Assembly: GCA_951406725.2 (NCBI GenBank)
Contig: OX597815.1
Span: 116,312,001-116,376,000, forward strand
From: Octopus vulgaris
Lineage: Eukaryota
Direction: 5' to 3'
Length of the DNA: 64,000 bases
The position numbers were made by a program, and so were the translations under genes. How positions within the stretch are numbered: the first letter of the stretch is position 1; each line of letters opens with the position of its first letter. Under the pieces are notes generated by a model, which was not told the DNA's origin, ran no database searches, and worked only from the letters and a program-made list of their open reading frames with translations. Below, in pieces: positions 12,052 to 24,081 of the stretch.

Positions 12052-12562
12052 GTAAAAATGTCACTATCCTCTGGGATTTTCCAGTCAACACTGACATGAA
12101 TATCCAGGATAATCAACCAGACATAGTCATTAAAGAGAGAAGAAAATACTTGTAGACTAATAGATGTAAGTGTTCCCACTGATAAAAATATATCTGTAAA
12201 AGAATTTGACAAATTAAGTAAATATAAGGACCTGGAAATAGAAATAGAAAAGATGTGGCATCTTAAAGTGAGTACTGTTCCTGTTATTGTAGATGCCCTT
12301 GGTATAAGAAAGGGATGTCAGAAACATCCAGATAATATCCCAGGAGAACCATGTCTCAGAGAAATCCATAAGATTGTGCTGACAAGTACTGTCCACATCC
12401 TTAGGAAAACCCTATCAATTTAAATGTCTGTGTTGTATTACATGAAGATATTTCACTACTGCCCCTACCACTTGCCCTCCCTAAGCTTTCAGTCATACAT
12501 CTGCCCTAGGACGCTGAGTGTGTCTCGGCGAATAATTGTGACTAACATGCAGATTAAAAGTA

Positions 12563-12615
<53 letters not shown>
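12052..12615 (+). mobile_element. R4/Dong-type non-LTR retrotransposon 3' fragment (restriction-like endonuclease) ending in (TAA)n
   Basis: Reads ILWDFPVNTD..IQDNQPDIVIK, then LIDVSVPTDKNISVKEFDKLSKYKDLEIEIEKMW...HILRKTLSI*. This gives the PD..D..K..KY RLE motif. The (TAA)n tail is at 12563-12615. Confidence 0.85.
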
Positions 12616-12616
<1 letters not shown>

Positions 12617-13442
12617 CCACAAATTCGATATTTATACTATATTTCATACATATACATGTGCCATATATTTTTCACAATTTCTACCATTTTGTTTATATCA
12701 GTTAACTGCGTTACATTATATTAAAACTAGGACACTATTCAACTGGAATTTCCCATGGTGAGGACAGAGCAAGTTAGTGAACTTTCTATAGTTTCCTCTT
12801 TAAAAATGTTTTTCCTTGAGGTCATATTCACCACATCGATATCTTTCATTTTCTTTCTTTTTCTATTTCTTTTCCCATTTGTAACTTAGTCCCAACAAAC
12901 AATTTATTTAATATATATTTCTGAAAAAGATCTTTTGTTTATCTATTTATTTTATATTACCATTTGTGAATACTAGTGTTACAGGTTCCAAACAAGGAAA
13001 TCATTGATTCCCTCTATTTCTGGAAGGTAGGGGGACAACATCCTGTTAAGGTAGTGTCCTTATCTCAATACTGAACAAATACCTCAAGAAGCTCTTTTGT
13101 AAAGGACTAATTTTTTTTCTCTCTCAAATTCATATCCTTCAGAGATACACATTAATGAAAGAAATGCATACACATCATCATCATCATCATTGTTTAACGT
13201 CCGCTCTCCATGCTAGCATGGGTTGGACGATTTGACAACACATGATGACTTTCCACACAGTTTCTATCTGTTTGATTCTACTCACAGGCTATTGATCAGT
13301 CTAAGGCTACAATAGAAAATATTTACACAATATTTACCCAAATAATGCACATTGGGACTGAACCTGAAACCATGAGGTTGCACAACAAACTTCTTAACCA
13401 CACATTCATAGCTATCTTGATATCAATAATGAAATTAACTAA

Positions 13443-13660
13443 GGTGGCAAGCTGGCAGAAACATTAGCATGCTGGGCAAAATACTTAGTGGTATTTTGCC
13501 TGTCTTTACGCTCCGAGTTCAAATTCTGCCAAGGTTGATTTTGCCTTTCATCCTTTCAAAGTCTATAAATTGAGTACCAGTTGCATACTGGGGTCGATAT
13601 AATCGACTGGCCTCCTCCCCCAAAATTTCAGGCCTTGTGCCCAGAGTAGAAAAGAATAAA
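13443..13660 (+). mobile_element. tRNA-derived SINE
   Basis: GGCAAGCTGGCAGAAACATTAGC...GAGTTCAAATTCTGCC B box. Homologous to 58529-58750. Confidence 0.75.
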
Positions 13661-14323
13661 GAAATTAGCTACAAAAATAACCAACATATATCAAATAGCC
13701 ACTCCCTATATCTCCTACCTTACTCCTCTCCATACTGATATTTCCCATTATCTTCAACCCCACCTTTGCTCATCTCTCACCAATACCTTCACCAGTTTAC
13801 TCCTCACTCATACTCCTATGAAAGCATTCACACTCTCTCATTCCCTACTATGATCCACTGTCTTATGCTCACCATCTTGCTCCTTGAGAGTTTACTCAGC
13901 ACCCCGTAACTATCTTTCTCTTACCACCTTCAGCCATGAGCATCTTCTATATAGCAAGACACCAGTGCTTGTCCCTCTAGCATACTTTACCCTTTCAACA
14001 CCCGGTATAAAACCAACCATCTCCATCTTCCCCTCCCAAATACTTCTTAGTGGGAACTTTATCCCTTTCCTTTGCCTCAGTTCTTTTATGTCTGGCAAAT
14101 TTTCATGGCAGCCTCACAAATTCCAGTGACATGTAAAAAGAATTCAGTACACTCTGTAAAGTGGTTGGCATTAGGCAGGACCTCCAGCCATAGAAATTCT
14201 GCCAAAAATGACACTGGGGCCAGACACAGCCCTCAGCTTGCTGGATCCTTGTCAAACTGTCCAACTCATGACAGATTAGGAAACATTGCACATTAAAAAT
14301 GCTTCTCATTCAGAAACTTTTAA

Positions 14324-14543
14324 CCCTTTATCATTCAGATTACTCTGCCATATGTAATACTTGCTTGTTTACTTTGTTTCGAATTAAACATGCATTTTCT
14401 CTTAGCTTCAAGATTTCAGTGATCTGATTGTTTGTTTTTAAAATTACATTGTAGGGTATGGGTGAGAAACCAGATATGGCTGGTTTGAGCATGAAATAGG
14501 TGGAATATTTTAGCTGGCTATAACCAGTTTAAATACTAAAAAG
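14324..14543. mobile_element. piggyBac-like MITE (TTAA-flanked)
   Basis: TTAA|CCCTTTA.CATT ... AATACTAAAAAG|TTAA. A second copy in opposite orientation lies at 30522-30737. Confidence 0.65.
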
Positions 14544-14907
14544 TTAAAGTAGTTCATTTGTTTGACTTATGGTTTTTTTGTTTTTCCATGCTAACATTAG
14601 TTAGATAAATGTGCTATAGAGACGTTTTACAGCTGCATGCCCTTTCTGACACTAACCCATATCTATTCTTCAAATAAGGAGCCTCTTATTTCACAAGGCT
14701 TTGAAGGCATGAAGCAAGTGGACAAATTATTGATATGAGAAATTTCAACAACAGCACAACTCAAAAGCCATAAATTTGGAATGAGTAAATGTTGATATAA
14801 ACAAACAGACACACCCATATGTACTCACAATTCAGTTTAGCCATACTATTTTATTATAATATGCTATTTTTGGCTATTATTTTTCACATATGCGTAGGAG
14901 TGGCTAT

Positions 14908-15320
14908 AGGCGTAGGAGTGACTGTGTGTTATGTAGCTTGCTTACGAACCACATGGTTCCAGGTTCAGTCCCACTGCGTTGCACCTTGGGCAAGTGTCTT
15001 CTACTATAGCCTCAGGCCGACCAAAGCCTTGTGAGTGGATTTGGTAGACGAAAACTGAAAGAAGCCCATCGTATATTTGTATATATATGTGTATGTGTGT
15101 ATGTGTTTGTGTGTCTGTGTTTGTCCCCCCAACATCGCTTGACAACCGATGCTGGTGTGTTTACATCCCTGTAACTTAGCAGTTCAGCAAAGGAGACCGA
15201 TAGAATAGGTACTAGGCTTACAAAGAATAAGTCCTGGGGTCGATTTGCTCGACTAAACGCGGTGCTCCAGCATAGCCACAGTCACATGACTGAAACAAAT
15301 AAAAGAGTAAAGAGTAAAGA
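14908..15320 (+). mobile_element. tRNA-derived SINE with internal (TA/TG) microsatellite
   Basis: Near-identical in layout to 30042-30460. Further copies or fragments at ~370-580, 22680-23070, 24365-24530, 27370-27520 (-), 33950-34105 (-) and 4800-5000 (-). Confidence 0.85.
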
Positions 15321-16211
15321 CTATGAGCATATTATTAAAACACATATATTTCTTTACTTCAGTATAAACTATTATTTATATAACCTAGTTAAGATACAAT
15401 TAGTGGCTTGCAATTTTTGTCTGCTTTTTTAAACTGCAGACCTCACTTTTTAATCTAACGTGCATTACAAAAAAAAAAAGTTTCATGTTGAGTCATGCTA
15501 AACAATAATGGTTGTGTCCTTAAGGGATTCTCCTTAAGGAACTCTATATGTACTAGTTGTTGATAGGTGTTTTTGGATTATTCCCACAATTACTGTTCAC
15601 ATCACCTCCAAGATTGTGATCAATACTAATCCAGTAAAATGTTGCTAATTTGGGTTTAATGGATTTCATATTTCATATGATTCAATATTTTGAGAGAACT
15701 GAGGTATGTGACTACCATCCTGTGCAATGGAACCACTATTGGTTTATGTATTTTCTGTTTCTATTAATAGATGTTACTAGATGCAGTATGACTGAATGGT
15801 TTAAGAGGTTTGCTTCTCAATCACAAGGTCCAGGGTTCAATCCCACTAAGTGGCATCTTGGGTAAGCATCTTTTACAATGGACTTGAGTCAATCTATGCT
15901 TTGTGAGTCAAATTTGATAAATGGAAATTGTGCAGGAGCCTGTTGGATGGATTGTATCAGTAATTCAAGAATGCAACCACATCCTCATCCTATGTCATAC
16001 TAATTCTGTTTAAGAATTATTCTAAGAGTAATTCACATGATCAGACAAACTGATGCATTTATGACCAAGTAGTTAAGCTGCAAGGGTTCCTTTGCAGATA
16101 CATAGCCGGAGTTGTAACTATAAATGATTTCCTTCAGATATTGTAGTTAGTCTCTGTTACACATGGGGGTATGATACAGAATTATAGGCTTTAGTAATGT
16201 GTGGAATCATG

Positions 16212-16470
16212 GTCTGGTCAGCTCGCTGTCATCAATTCACCACTGGGAAAGTTCACCATGCGATTTTTTGACATGATTTTTCAACTTCAATTTTTCTCCC
16301 ATTATTTTTTTCTTTTTCAATAAAATAGATTTTAGCTATTAATGGTGAGATACTATGGATATATTTTCTCAGTCAACTTTCCTCATGGTGATACTTTCCT
16401 CATGCTGAACTTTCTTCAGGGTAAACTGGTGATGGTGAACTCTCCTGCAATGAACTGTTGGAGATGGACA
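16212..16470. mobile_element. Possible old non-autonomous DNA element with short subterminal repeats
   Basis: Repeated GGTGAACTTTCC-like units at 16370-16460, with inverted copies (GGGAAAGTTCACC) at 16235-16260. Confidence 0.35.
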
Positions 16471-17918
16471 TTATTATTTTTCTAGAAATTGAGTTCTAGA
16501 AGTGCTGTGTGTCCACACCTAACAAAAAAAACTTCTCACATACTCTACCACAACAAACCAAACTACATCTCTTCTCTTCTTTACATTACCACTCCGTGCA
16601 CTATGCTTATCTCCCACTCAGCAATCCTGCCTTCTTATGGAATATAGTTCGGAATATGGAATATAGTATAGCATAACACAGGTTTATATTCTGAAGAAGA
16701 AGAGGCTTCAAGGGTTGTGAGTTAGTAGGTGATTGTAGGGGAGATCAAGGTCATTATGAAGCCTATAGAAGTTGATATGAATTTTAGTCTACACAGAGTT
16801 TTTTCATCGGTTCAGTTTTACATGTTGATAGTTGAGAGAAAGTGTTAGAAACCAGAATATTTGAGTTGCTGATAACCCCAGTCACTGATTGCTTTGATAA
16901 TCTGGCATCAGAAATATCTTTCATAATCCTACCAAAAATCCCAACAAAATTGAAGAGAGAAAACATACAAGTTTACTGTCACATAAAATATGGACTCGTT
17001 TAAATTTAAAGACAGCTAAGAATTGTTACAGAGTGGATTCATCAACAGGCATCTAAGAACCAGAAAGTGTTTTAAAGGTGGTTATAGATGTAACCTTATA
17101 ATAAATAAGAATGGTTAAAGTAATTTCTGTGTTGTGAGGTAGTTTTTATTAGACTCAAAGAACCTCACAACTCCATAAAAGACTATTTTGTTAAACCATT
17201 CTCATTCTCAGTACACTTACACTGACTGTAAAAACCAGAATTTTCCAAATTTTTCTCATTAGATTAACCTTGTATGTTTACATTCATACCTGAAAGATTG
17301 ATTGCAGGTGTAACTGAGGTGAAAATAGACAAACTTAGAAGATGTAAAAACTTATCCAAGGAGGATCACTTCACATGTGATAAAAGGTCAGAAATCTGAG
17401 TTTGGAATTAAGTTGGCCAATTCTTAAATTTTTAAAAAGGAAACCTGAAAGAATGGAAACAAAATAGGAAAGAAGGAAAATAAATAAAATTAGAAAGACA
17501 AAAATAAGTGAGAAAGAAATATGAGAAGACAAAATGTATGGGAAGCAGTGAGTGAATGGAAGCAAAACAACATAAGCTAGAGAGATTTATTCCGATATAG
17601 CTGAAATGGAATTAGATTTAGGAAAGAAGGGAAGAAAGAAAAAAAAAACAGAAAGAATAAAGCTCATTAAAAATTGATCTTGTCTTTTGTCATTGGTTTC
17701 GTTAGAGATGAAGGGTATATAGTAATGTTGACAAAAAAATTATTAAAATTTAGAATGTTAATAAATTGTTTTAATTGGCAGTAAAATGTTGGGAGGGGGT
17801 GCAGAAAGTGACAAAAGAAAATGTTTTTGTTTTGATTGTCTGAAAATCTTTAACTAAAAACTGTAGCTTAATTAATTATATCCCCAACATTGTGTGTGTG
17901 TGTGTATTTATGTATATA

Positions 17919-18517
17919 CAGGTGCAATGGGTAAATTGTCACTAGTTTATATTTTTAATTTTGCCCATGCACATTGTTTGTTTTTTATTTTGTCAACTAC
18001 ACAGTATAGTAGTGTCAGTTGGGTCAGTTGGGCACTGTCTGTGAGAAAAACAGCACCACGATGAAATTCACTCTGCCAGACGTTTGAAACAACATGCTGT
18101 ACTGCTTGGCATGTGAACCGGAAGCTCCAATATGAATATTTCAGGGTGTTTGGGTGTCAATCTGAGGACATGTGCCAAGAGTGATAAAAATCAAACATCC
18201 AGTCAACATTATGGTGTTTGGAGTGATCACTAGTGATGGCTCCATCCATCTTCCCACACAGCCTCAGACTCAACATGGAGGCCTACATCAAGTGCATGGA
18301 GGAGGTAGTGCTGCTATGGGTCAAGAAAGTTGCTGCTGGAAGACCCTATGTCTGGCAACAGGACTCTACACCATACCACATAAGCTGGAGAATCCAGTCA
18401 TAGTTGTCAGACAATTTCTGTAACCACATCACCCCAGACAGCGACCTCCTTGATTATTATGTGTGGGGCACAGTTGAGCAAGAGACCAACAAAACTCCTT
18501 CTAACACCAAAGATGAA
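17919..18517 (+). mobile_element. Tc1/mariner-superfamily (DD37D-like) transposase remnant
   Basis: Reads KHPVNIMVFGVITSDG, then across frames GRPYVWQQDS.P.H and LDYYVWG.VE. Starts TA|CAG. Confidence 0.75.
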
Positions 18518-18519
18518 CA

Positions 18520-19864
18520 ACCGTCAAATATTGGTTTGGACATGTGATGCGTATGAATGAGGATAGCAGCATAAAGAAGTGATGGTACCTGCGGAAGAGA
18601 GAGACCCAGAAAGATGTGGAATGAAGTGGTGAGGACTGACCTCAGGATTTGGGCCTCACAGAGGAAATGACAATAGACTGAGATGTCTAGTGATATGAGG
18701 TTCTTGAGCAGACGCACCCACATCAACGAAGTTGAGTTCTAAAAGTGCTGTGTGTCCACACTTAACAAAAAAACTTCTCATACACCCTACCGCCCTCTTA
18801 GTCTTGTCTCACTGTATCATTGCTCTCTGCTAACCCCACAACCTGTATGTTCCATCCATATGCCTTGTTTCACTGTATCATTGCTATCTGTTAGACTCCA
18901 ACCTGTGTGTTCCACCCACATGTAACAAGAAAACTTTTCATACACCCTACCCCAACAAACCAATCTACATCCCCACATGTCTTCATTTCTTCACATTTCC
19001 TCTCTCATACACTATGCCTACCTCTCACTACCCAATCCTGTCCTCACAGCCCTGTTTCTCTGTATCATTGCTATTCAGTAGCCCCAGGTTTTCGCCACTC
19101 ACTGCCCCACCTCTCTGCACTCTCTAATCATGCTTCTTTTGCAATATCTTGCCACTTATATTATGACATTTGAACCTCAAGGGTATGCGCTGACACTTGC
19201 CACCGTCCATACCTCTCACTCCCTTTATTCAACCATCCCATTTATACTCTGATCTCCATCCCTTGGGGGTATGCCTGGCACTTTGCCACCATCTCTGTCC
19301 TGCTGTCTCCCACTCTCTCTCCTCCTGCACTTCTCTCCAGTTGGGTAACCATGAATTTCCTTTGTGGCAGCACACCGGTTTCAGTCTTCATTCCCAATCT
19401 CTCTCCCTCCCTCCCTCCCTCTCTCTCTCCTCCCAGCTGGGTAACCTTGTACCTCCCCTACAGCAAGACATCCATTTCTATCTCTCTGTCTTACTATAAC
19501 CTTTCATCTTCTGACACAAGATCATCTCCTCCAAGCCCCCTGCCCTCTCAAAAGATTTTTGTCTTGCAAGTGACTTGGTGACCCTGTCAGTGCAGGTGCT
19601 ACTTAAAAAGCATCCAGTCCACACTGAAAAGTGGTTGGTGTTTGGAAGGGCATCCAGCTGTAAAAAAACCTTACCAAAATTGACCTCACCTGTGCTTGTA
19701 CCACGTAAAAAGCTCTAAGTCCACTCTGCTGAGTTGTTGGTGTTAGGAAGGGCATTCAGCTGTAAAAATCCTGCCAAAACAGACACAGAAGTCTGGTGCA
19801 GGCTTCTGCCTGGCCAGCCCCTGTCAAACTGTCCCACCCATGACAACATGGAAGGCAGATGTTA
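18520..19864 (+). mobile_element. RTE-clade LINE, 5'-truncated (ORF end + long 3' UTR)
   Basis: Reads WFGHVMRMNEDS..K / RPRKMWNEVVRTDL. The 3' UTR matches 34500-34990 (-) and ends in the dispersed GGAAGGGCATCCAGCTGT tail. Confidence 0.8.
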
Positions 19865-20072
19865 AGCTGAAATGGAATTAGATTTAGGAAAGAAGGGAAG
19901 AAAGAAAAAAAAACATATATGATGATATATATATATATATATATATATATCAACAATAAAGGAACGGCCATAATAGGCCATTCACCCACTAGAAATAACA
20001 GCCAAAGCTTCAACCGCAAATAAAAGTTAATTCAGTAAACCAGGAGAAAATTTAAAAAACATTTACCCTGTA

Positions 20073-20179
20073 ATTTCTTATACGATATACCGTTTCATCT
20101 GCTGATTAATGGTAAACTAACCTGATTAAATTAAATCAAGCCAATCCTCCACAGGCCCTCAGATTCTTCAGTAAGAAAT
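20073..20179 (-). ncRNA. Complete type I hammerhead ribozyme, array unit 1
   Basis: Exact reverse complement of the motif at 22019-22125. Predicted cleavage between 20081 and 20080. Confidence 0.85.
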
Positions 20180-20564
20180 AGCCCAAGACGGAACAGATAT
20201 TTTCACGAGGCATTTCCGACGTTGCCAAGTTAATATCTGACCTAAAATTTTCAAATCGTCGCACTCGCGCCAAATTTATCGGCAGCAAATAAATATAAGC
20301 CGTCGATTCCATTACGGAATTAACCAGAAAATTCATAATTAATCAATATAGGGTGGCAAAAAAAATTTTGTAGAATTCTTTTGCCACCAGCGCCTAGTAG
20401 GAAAAAATTAAAATAGTCAAAGACCATTTTTAAGTTCAACATCAACAATAAAGGAACGGCCATAATAGGCCATTCACCCACTAGAAATAACAGCCAAAGC
20501 TTCAACCGCAAATAAAAGTTAATTCAGTAAACCAGGAGAAAATTTAAAAAACATTTACCCTGTA

Positions 20565-20671
20565 ATTTCTTATACGATATACCGTTTCATCTGCTGATTA
20601 ATGGTAAACTAACCTGATTAAATTAAATCATGCCAATCCTCCACAGGCCCTCAGATTCTTCAGTAAGAAAT
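20565..20671 (-). ncRNA. Complete type I hammerhead ribozyme, array unit 2
   Basis: As unit 1, with one substitution in the stem II extension. Confidence 0.85.
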
Positions 20672-21054
20672 AGCCCAAGACGGAACAGATATTTTCACGA
20701 GGCATTTCCGACGTTGCCAAGTTAATATCTGACCTAAAATTTTCAAATCGTCGCACTCGCGCCAAATTTATCGGCAGCAAATAAATATAAGCCGTCGATT
20801 CCATTACGGAATTAACCAGAAAATTCATAATTAATCAATATAGGGTGGCAAAAAAATTTTGTAGAATTCTTTTGCCACCAGCGCTAGTAGGAAAAAATTA
20901 AAATAGTCAAAGACCATTTTTAAGTTCAACATCAACAATAAAGGAACGGCCATAATAGGCCATTCACCCACTAGAAATAACAGCCAAAGCTTCAACCGCA
21001 AATAAAAGTTAATTCAGTAAACCAGGAGAAAATTTAAAAAACATTTACCCTGTA

Positions 21055-21161
21055 ATTTCTTATACGATATACCGTTTCATCTGCTGATTAATGGTAAACT
21101 AACCTGATTAAATTAAATCAAGCCAATCCTCCACAGGCCCTCAGATTCTTCAGTAAGAAAT
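21055..21161 (-). ncRNA. Complete type I hammerhead ribozyme, array unit 3
   Basis: As unit 1. Confidence 0.85.
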
Positions 21162-22018
21162 AGCCCAAGACGGAACAGATATTTTCACGAGGCATTTCCG
21201 ACGTTGCCAAGTTAATATCTGACCTAAAATTTTCAAATCGTCGCACTCGCGCCAAATTTATCGGCAGCAAATAAATATAAGCCGTCGATTCCATTACGGA
21301 ATTAACCAGAAAATTCATAATTAATCAATATAGGGTGGCAAAAAAATTTTGTAGAATTCTTTTGCCACCAGCGGCTAGTAGGAAAAAATTAAAATAGTCA
21401 AAGACCATTTTTAAGTTCAACATCAACAATAAAGGAACGGCCATAATAGGCCATTCACCCACTAGAAATAACAGCCAAAGCTTCAACCGCAAATAAAAGT
21501 TAATTCAGTAAACCAGGAGAAAATTTAAAAAACATTTACCCTGTAATTTCTTATACGATATACCGTTTCATCTGCTGATTTAATTTAATCAGGTTAGTTT
21601 ACCATTAATCAGCAGATGAAACGGTATATCGTATAAGAAATTACAGGGTAAATGTTTTTTAAATTTTCTCCTGGTTTACTGAATTAACTTTTATTTGCGG
21701 TTGAAGCTTTGGCTGTTATTTCTAGTGGGTGAATGGCCTATTATGGCCGTTCCTTATTGTTGATGTTGAACTTAAAAATGGTCTTTGACTATTTTAATTT
21801 TTTCCTACTAGGCGCTGGTGGCAAAAGAATTCTACAAAATTTTTTTACCCTATATTGATTAATTATGAATTTTCTGGTTAATTCGTAATGGAATCGACGG
21901 CTTATATTTATTTGCTGCCGATAAATTTGGCAGCGTGCGACATTTGAAAATTTTAGGTCAGATATTAACTTGGCAACGTCGGAAATGCCTCGTGAAAATA
22001 TCTGTTCCGTCTTGGGCT

Positions 22019-22125
22019 ATTTCTTACTGAAGAATCTGAGGGCCTGTGGAGGATTGGCTTGATTTAATTTAATCAGGTTAGTTTACCATTAATCAGCAGA
22101 TGAAACGGTATATCGTATAAGAAAT
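22019..22125 (+). ncRNA. Complete type I hammerhead ribozyme, inverted array unit
   Basis: ATTTCTTA CTGAAGA ATCTG [58 nt] CAGAT GAAA CGG tata TCG TA TAAGAAAT. It has an 8-bp stem I, a canonical CUGANGA/GAAA core, a 5-bp stem II base and stem III ACGG/TCGT. GUA cleavage is predicted after 22117. Confidence 0.9.
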
Positions 22126-22374
22126 TACAGGGTAAATGTTTTTTAAATTTTCTCCTGGTTTACTGAATTAACTTTTATTTGCGGTTGAAGCTTTGGCTGT
22201 TATTTCTAGTGGGTGAATGGCCTATTATGGCCGTTCCTTTATTGTTGATGTTGAACTTAAAAATGGTCTTTGACTATTTTAATTTTTTCCTACTAGGCGC
22301 TGGTGGCAAAGAATTCTACAAAATTTTTTGCCACCCTATATTGATTAAATATATATATATATATATATATTTCA

Positions 22375-22412
<38 letters not shown>

Positions 22413-22822
22413 CATGATCATCATCATTTAGCTTCTGTTTTCCATGATGGATGGTATATCATCATCATCATCATTTAACATCCATTTTCCATGCTGACCA
22501 TGGGTTTGATGGTTTTATAAAATAATTAAATACATATAAACATATATATTTATATGCATGTATAAACATATATGTTTATAGGTTGGTAAAATAAATACCA
22601 GTTGAGCATTAGGCTAGATGTAACACACTCACCTGAAATTGGTGGGATTATACCAAAATTTGAAACCAGTATATATGTATATTTGCTTACCAACCATATG
22701 GTTCCAGGTTCAGTTCCATAGCAGGGGACCTTTGGCAAGTGTCTTTTACTATAGCTTCGGGCTGACCAAATCCTTGTAAGTGGATTTGGTAGATAGAAAC
22801 TGAAAGAAGCCCATCGTATATC

Positions 22823-22919
<97 letters not shown>

Positions 22920-23143
22920 ACGTCCCTATAACTTAGCAGTTCAGCAAAAGAGACCAATAGAATAAGTACTAGGCTTACAAAGAATAAGTCCAGGGGTCGA
23001 TTTGCTCGACTAAAGGCAGTACTGTAGCATGGCCGCATCAAATGACAGAAACAAGTAAAAGAATAAAAGAAGAATATACATACATACATACATGTGTGTG
23101 TGTGTGTGTGTGTGTATATACATACATATATATGCATATATAT

Positions 23144-23221
<78 letters not shown>

Positions 23222-23406
23222 TACTGCATAAAGAAAACAATAATGGAGAAATAAACATATCACATGTTTATATGAAAATATATATATATGTTTGTGTATT
23301 ACTGTTATAAATATATTATATAATTATAATGATACTAACTACTACATTAATCCTCCCTTCTAAACTCATCTAATACGTATGTACCTATGAGTATGTTTGA
23401 GCAGAA

Positions 23407-23438
<32 letters not shown>

Positions 23439-23749
23439 ATATATATGTATGTTCCTCATGTATAAGCAACTTCATTCTTACATAACTAAAATAACTTTAA
23501 GATATATTGATTTTATAAATTACAATATTACTCCACTTATAACTTTCTCATACCTCTCTTTATATTTATCTAATATGAACAATATAATGCATCTAATAAT
23601 AATAATAATAATAATTGATTCTTTTGTATGCATATACATGCAAATATGCATGCACATTTAAATGTAGGTATATGTATATGTATATTTATGTATATGTATG
23701 TATATAAGGTTAATTTATATTTATAACTTAACCTTATGTACTTTCTAAA

Positions 23750-23873
23750 ATCTCTGACGAAGCCTAGAGAAACACCCAAGTACCTCAATTTCATCTACTA
23801 ATTACTTCAGTCTGCAGGAAGGATAAAGGTAAAATGAGGTAGTTTTGTCTCTTGACTGAAACAGCTGTTAGAT
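23750..23873 (+). ncRNA. Type I hammerhead motif with long stem II
   Basis: ATCT CTGACGA AGCCTAGAGA...TACCTCA...TGAGGTA...TCTCTTGACT GAAA CAGCTG TT AGAT. Stem III is the palindrome ACAGCTGT. Confidence 0.7.
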
Positions 23874-23999
23874 ATTATCCCAATTTCCATTCCTGTATGT
23901 TAATTATCCTTTTAGTAAATAAATAAATAAATAAATTGGCATAATATAATGTCTAAAAGTTGATGAATACCACCTATTGATCCCCCCCATTTTCTTATT

Positions 24000-24081
<82 letters not shown>

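Larger units (their letters stand above)
19949..22348. mobile_element. Retrozyme-like tandem array of ~491-bp hammerhead-containing units with an internal inversion, inserted in (TA)n
   Basis: Units start at 19951, 20443, 20933 and 21424 (periods 492, 490, 491) and are near-identical. Orientation flips at 21576-21580, followed by ~1.6 inverted units to 22348. Each full unit carries one complete HHR. Confidence 0.9.

Noticed and set aside
20136-21318. Repeated 63-66 aa ORFs in the tandem array
   Set aside because: They are short with no recognisable motif, identical only because the units are identical, and broken by indels in other units. The conserved feature is the ribozyme.
19949-22348. 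CRISPR array or plain satellite interpretation
   Set aside because: There are no unique spacers and the context is eukaryotic. A complete hammerhead per unit and the inversion argue against ordinary satellite DNA.
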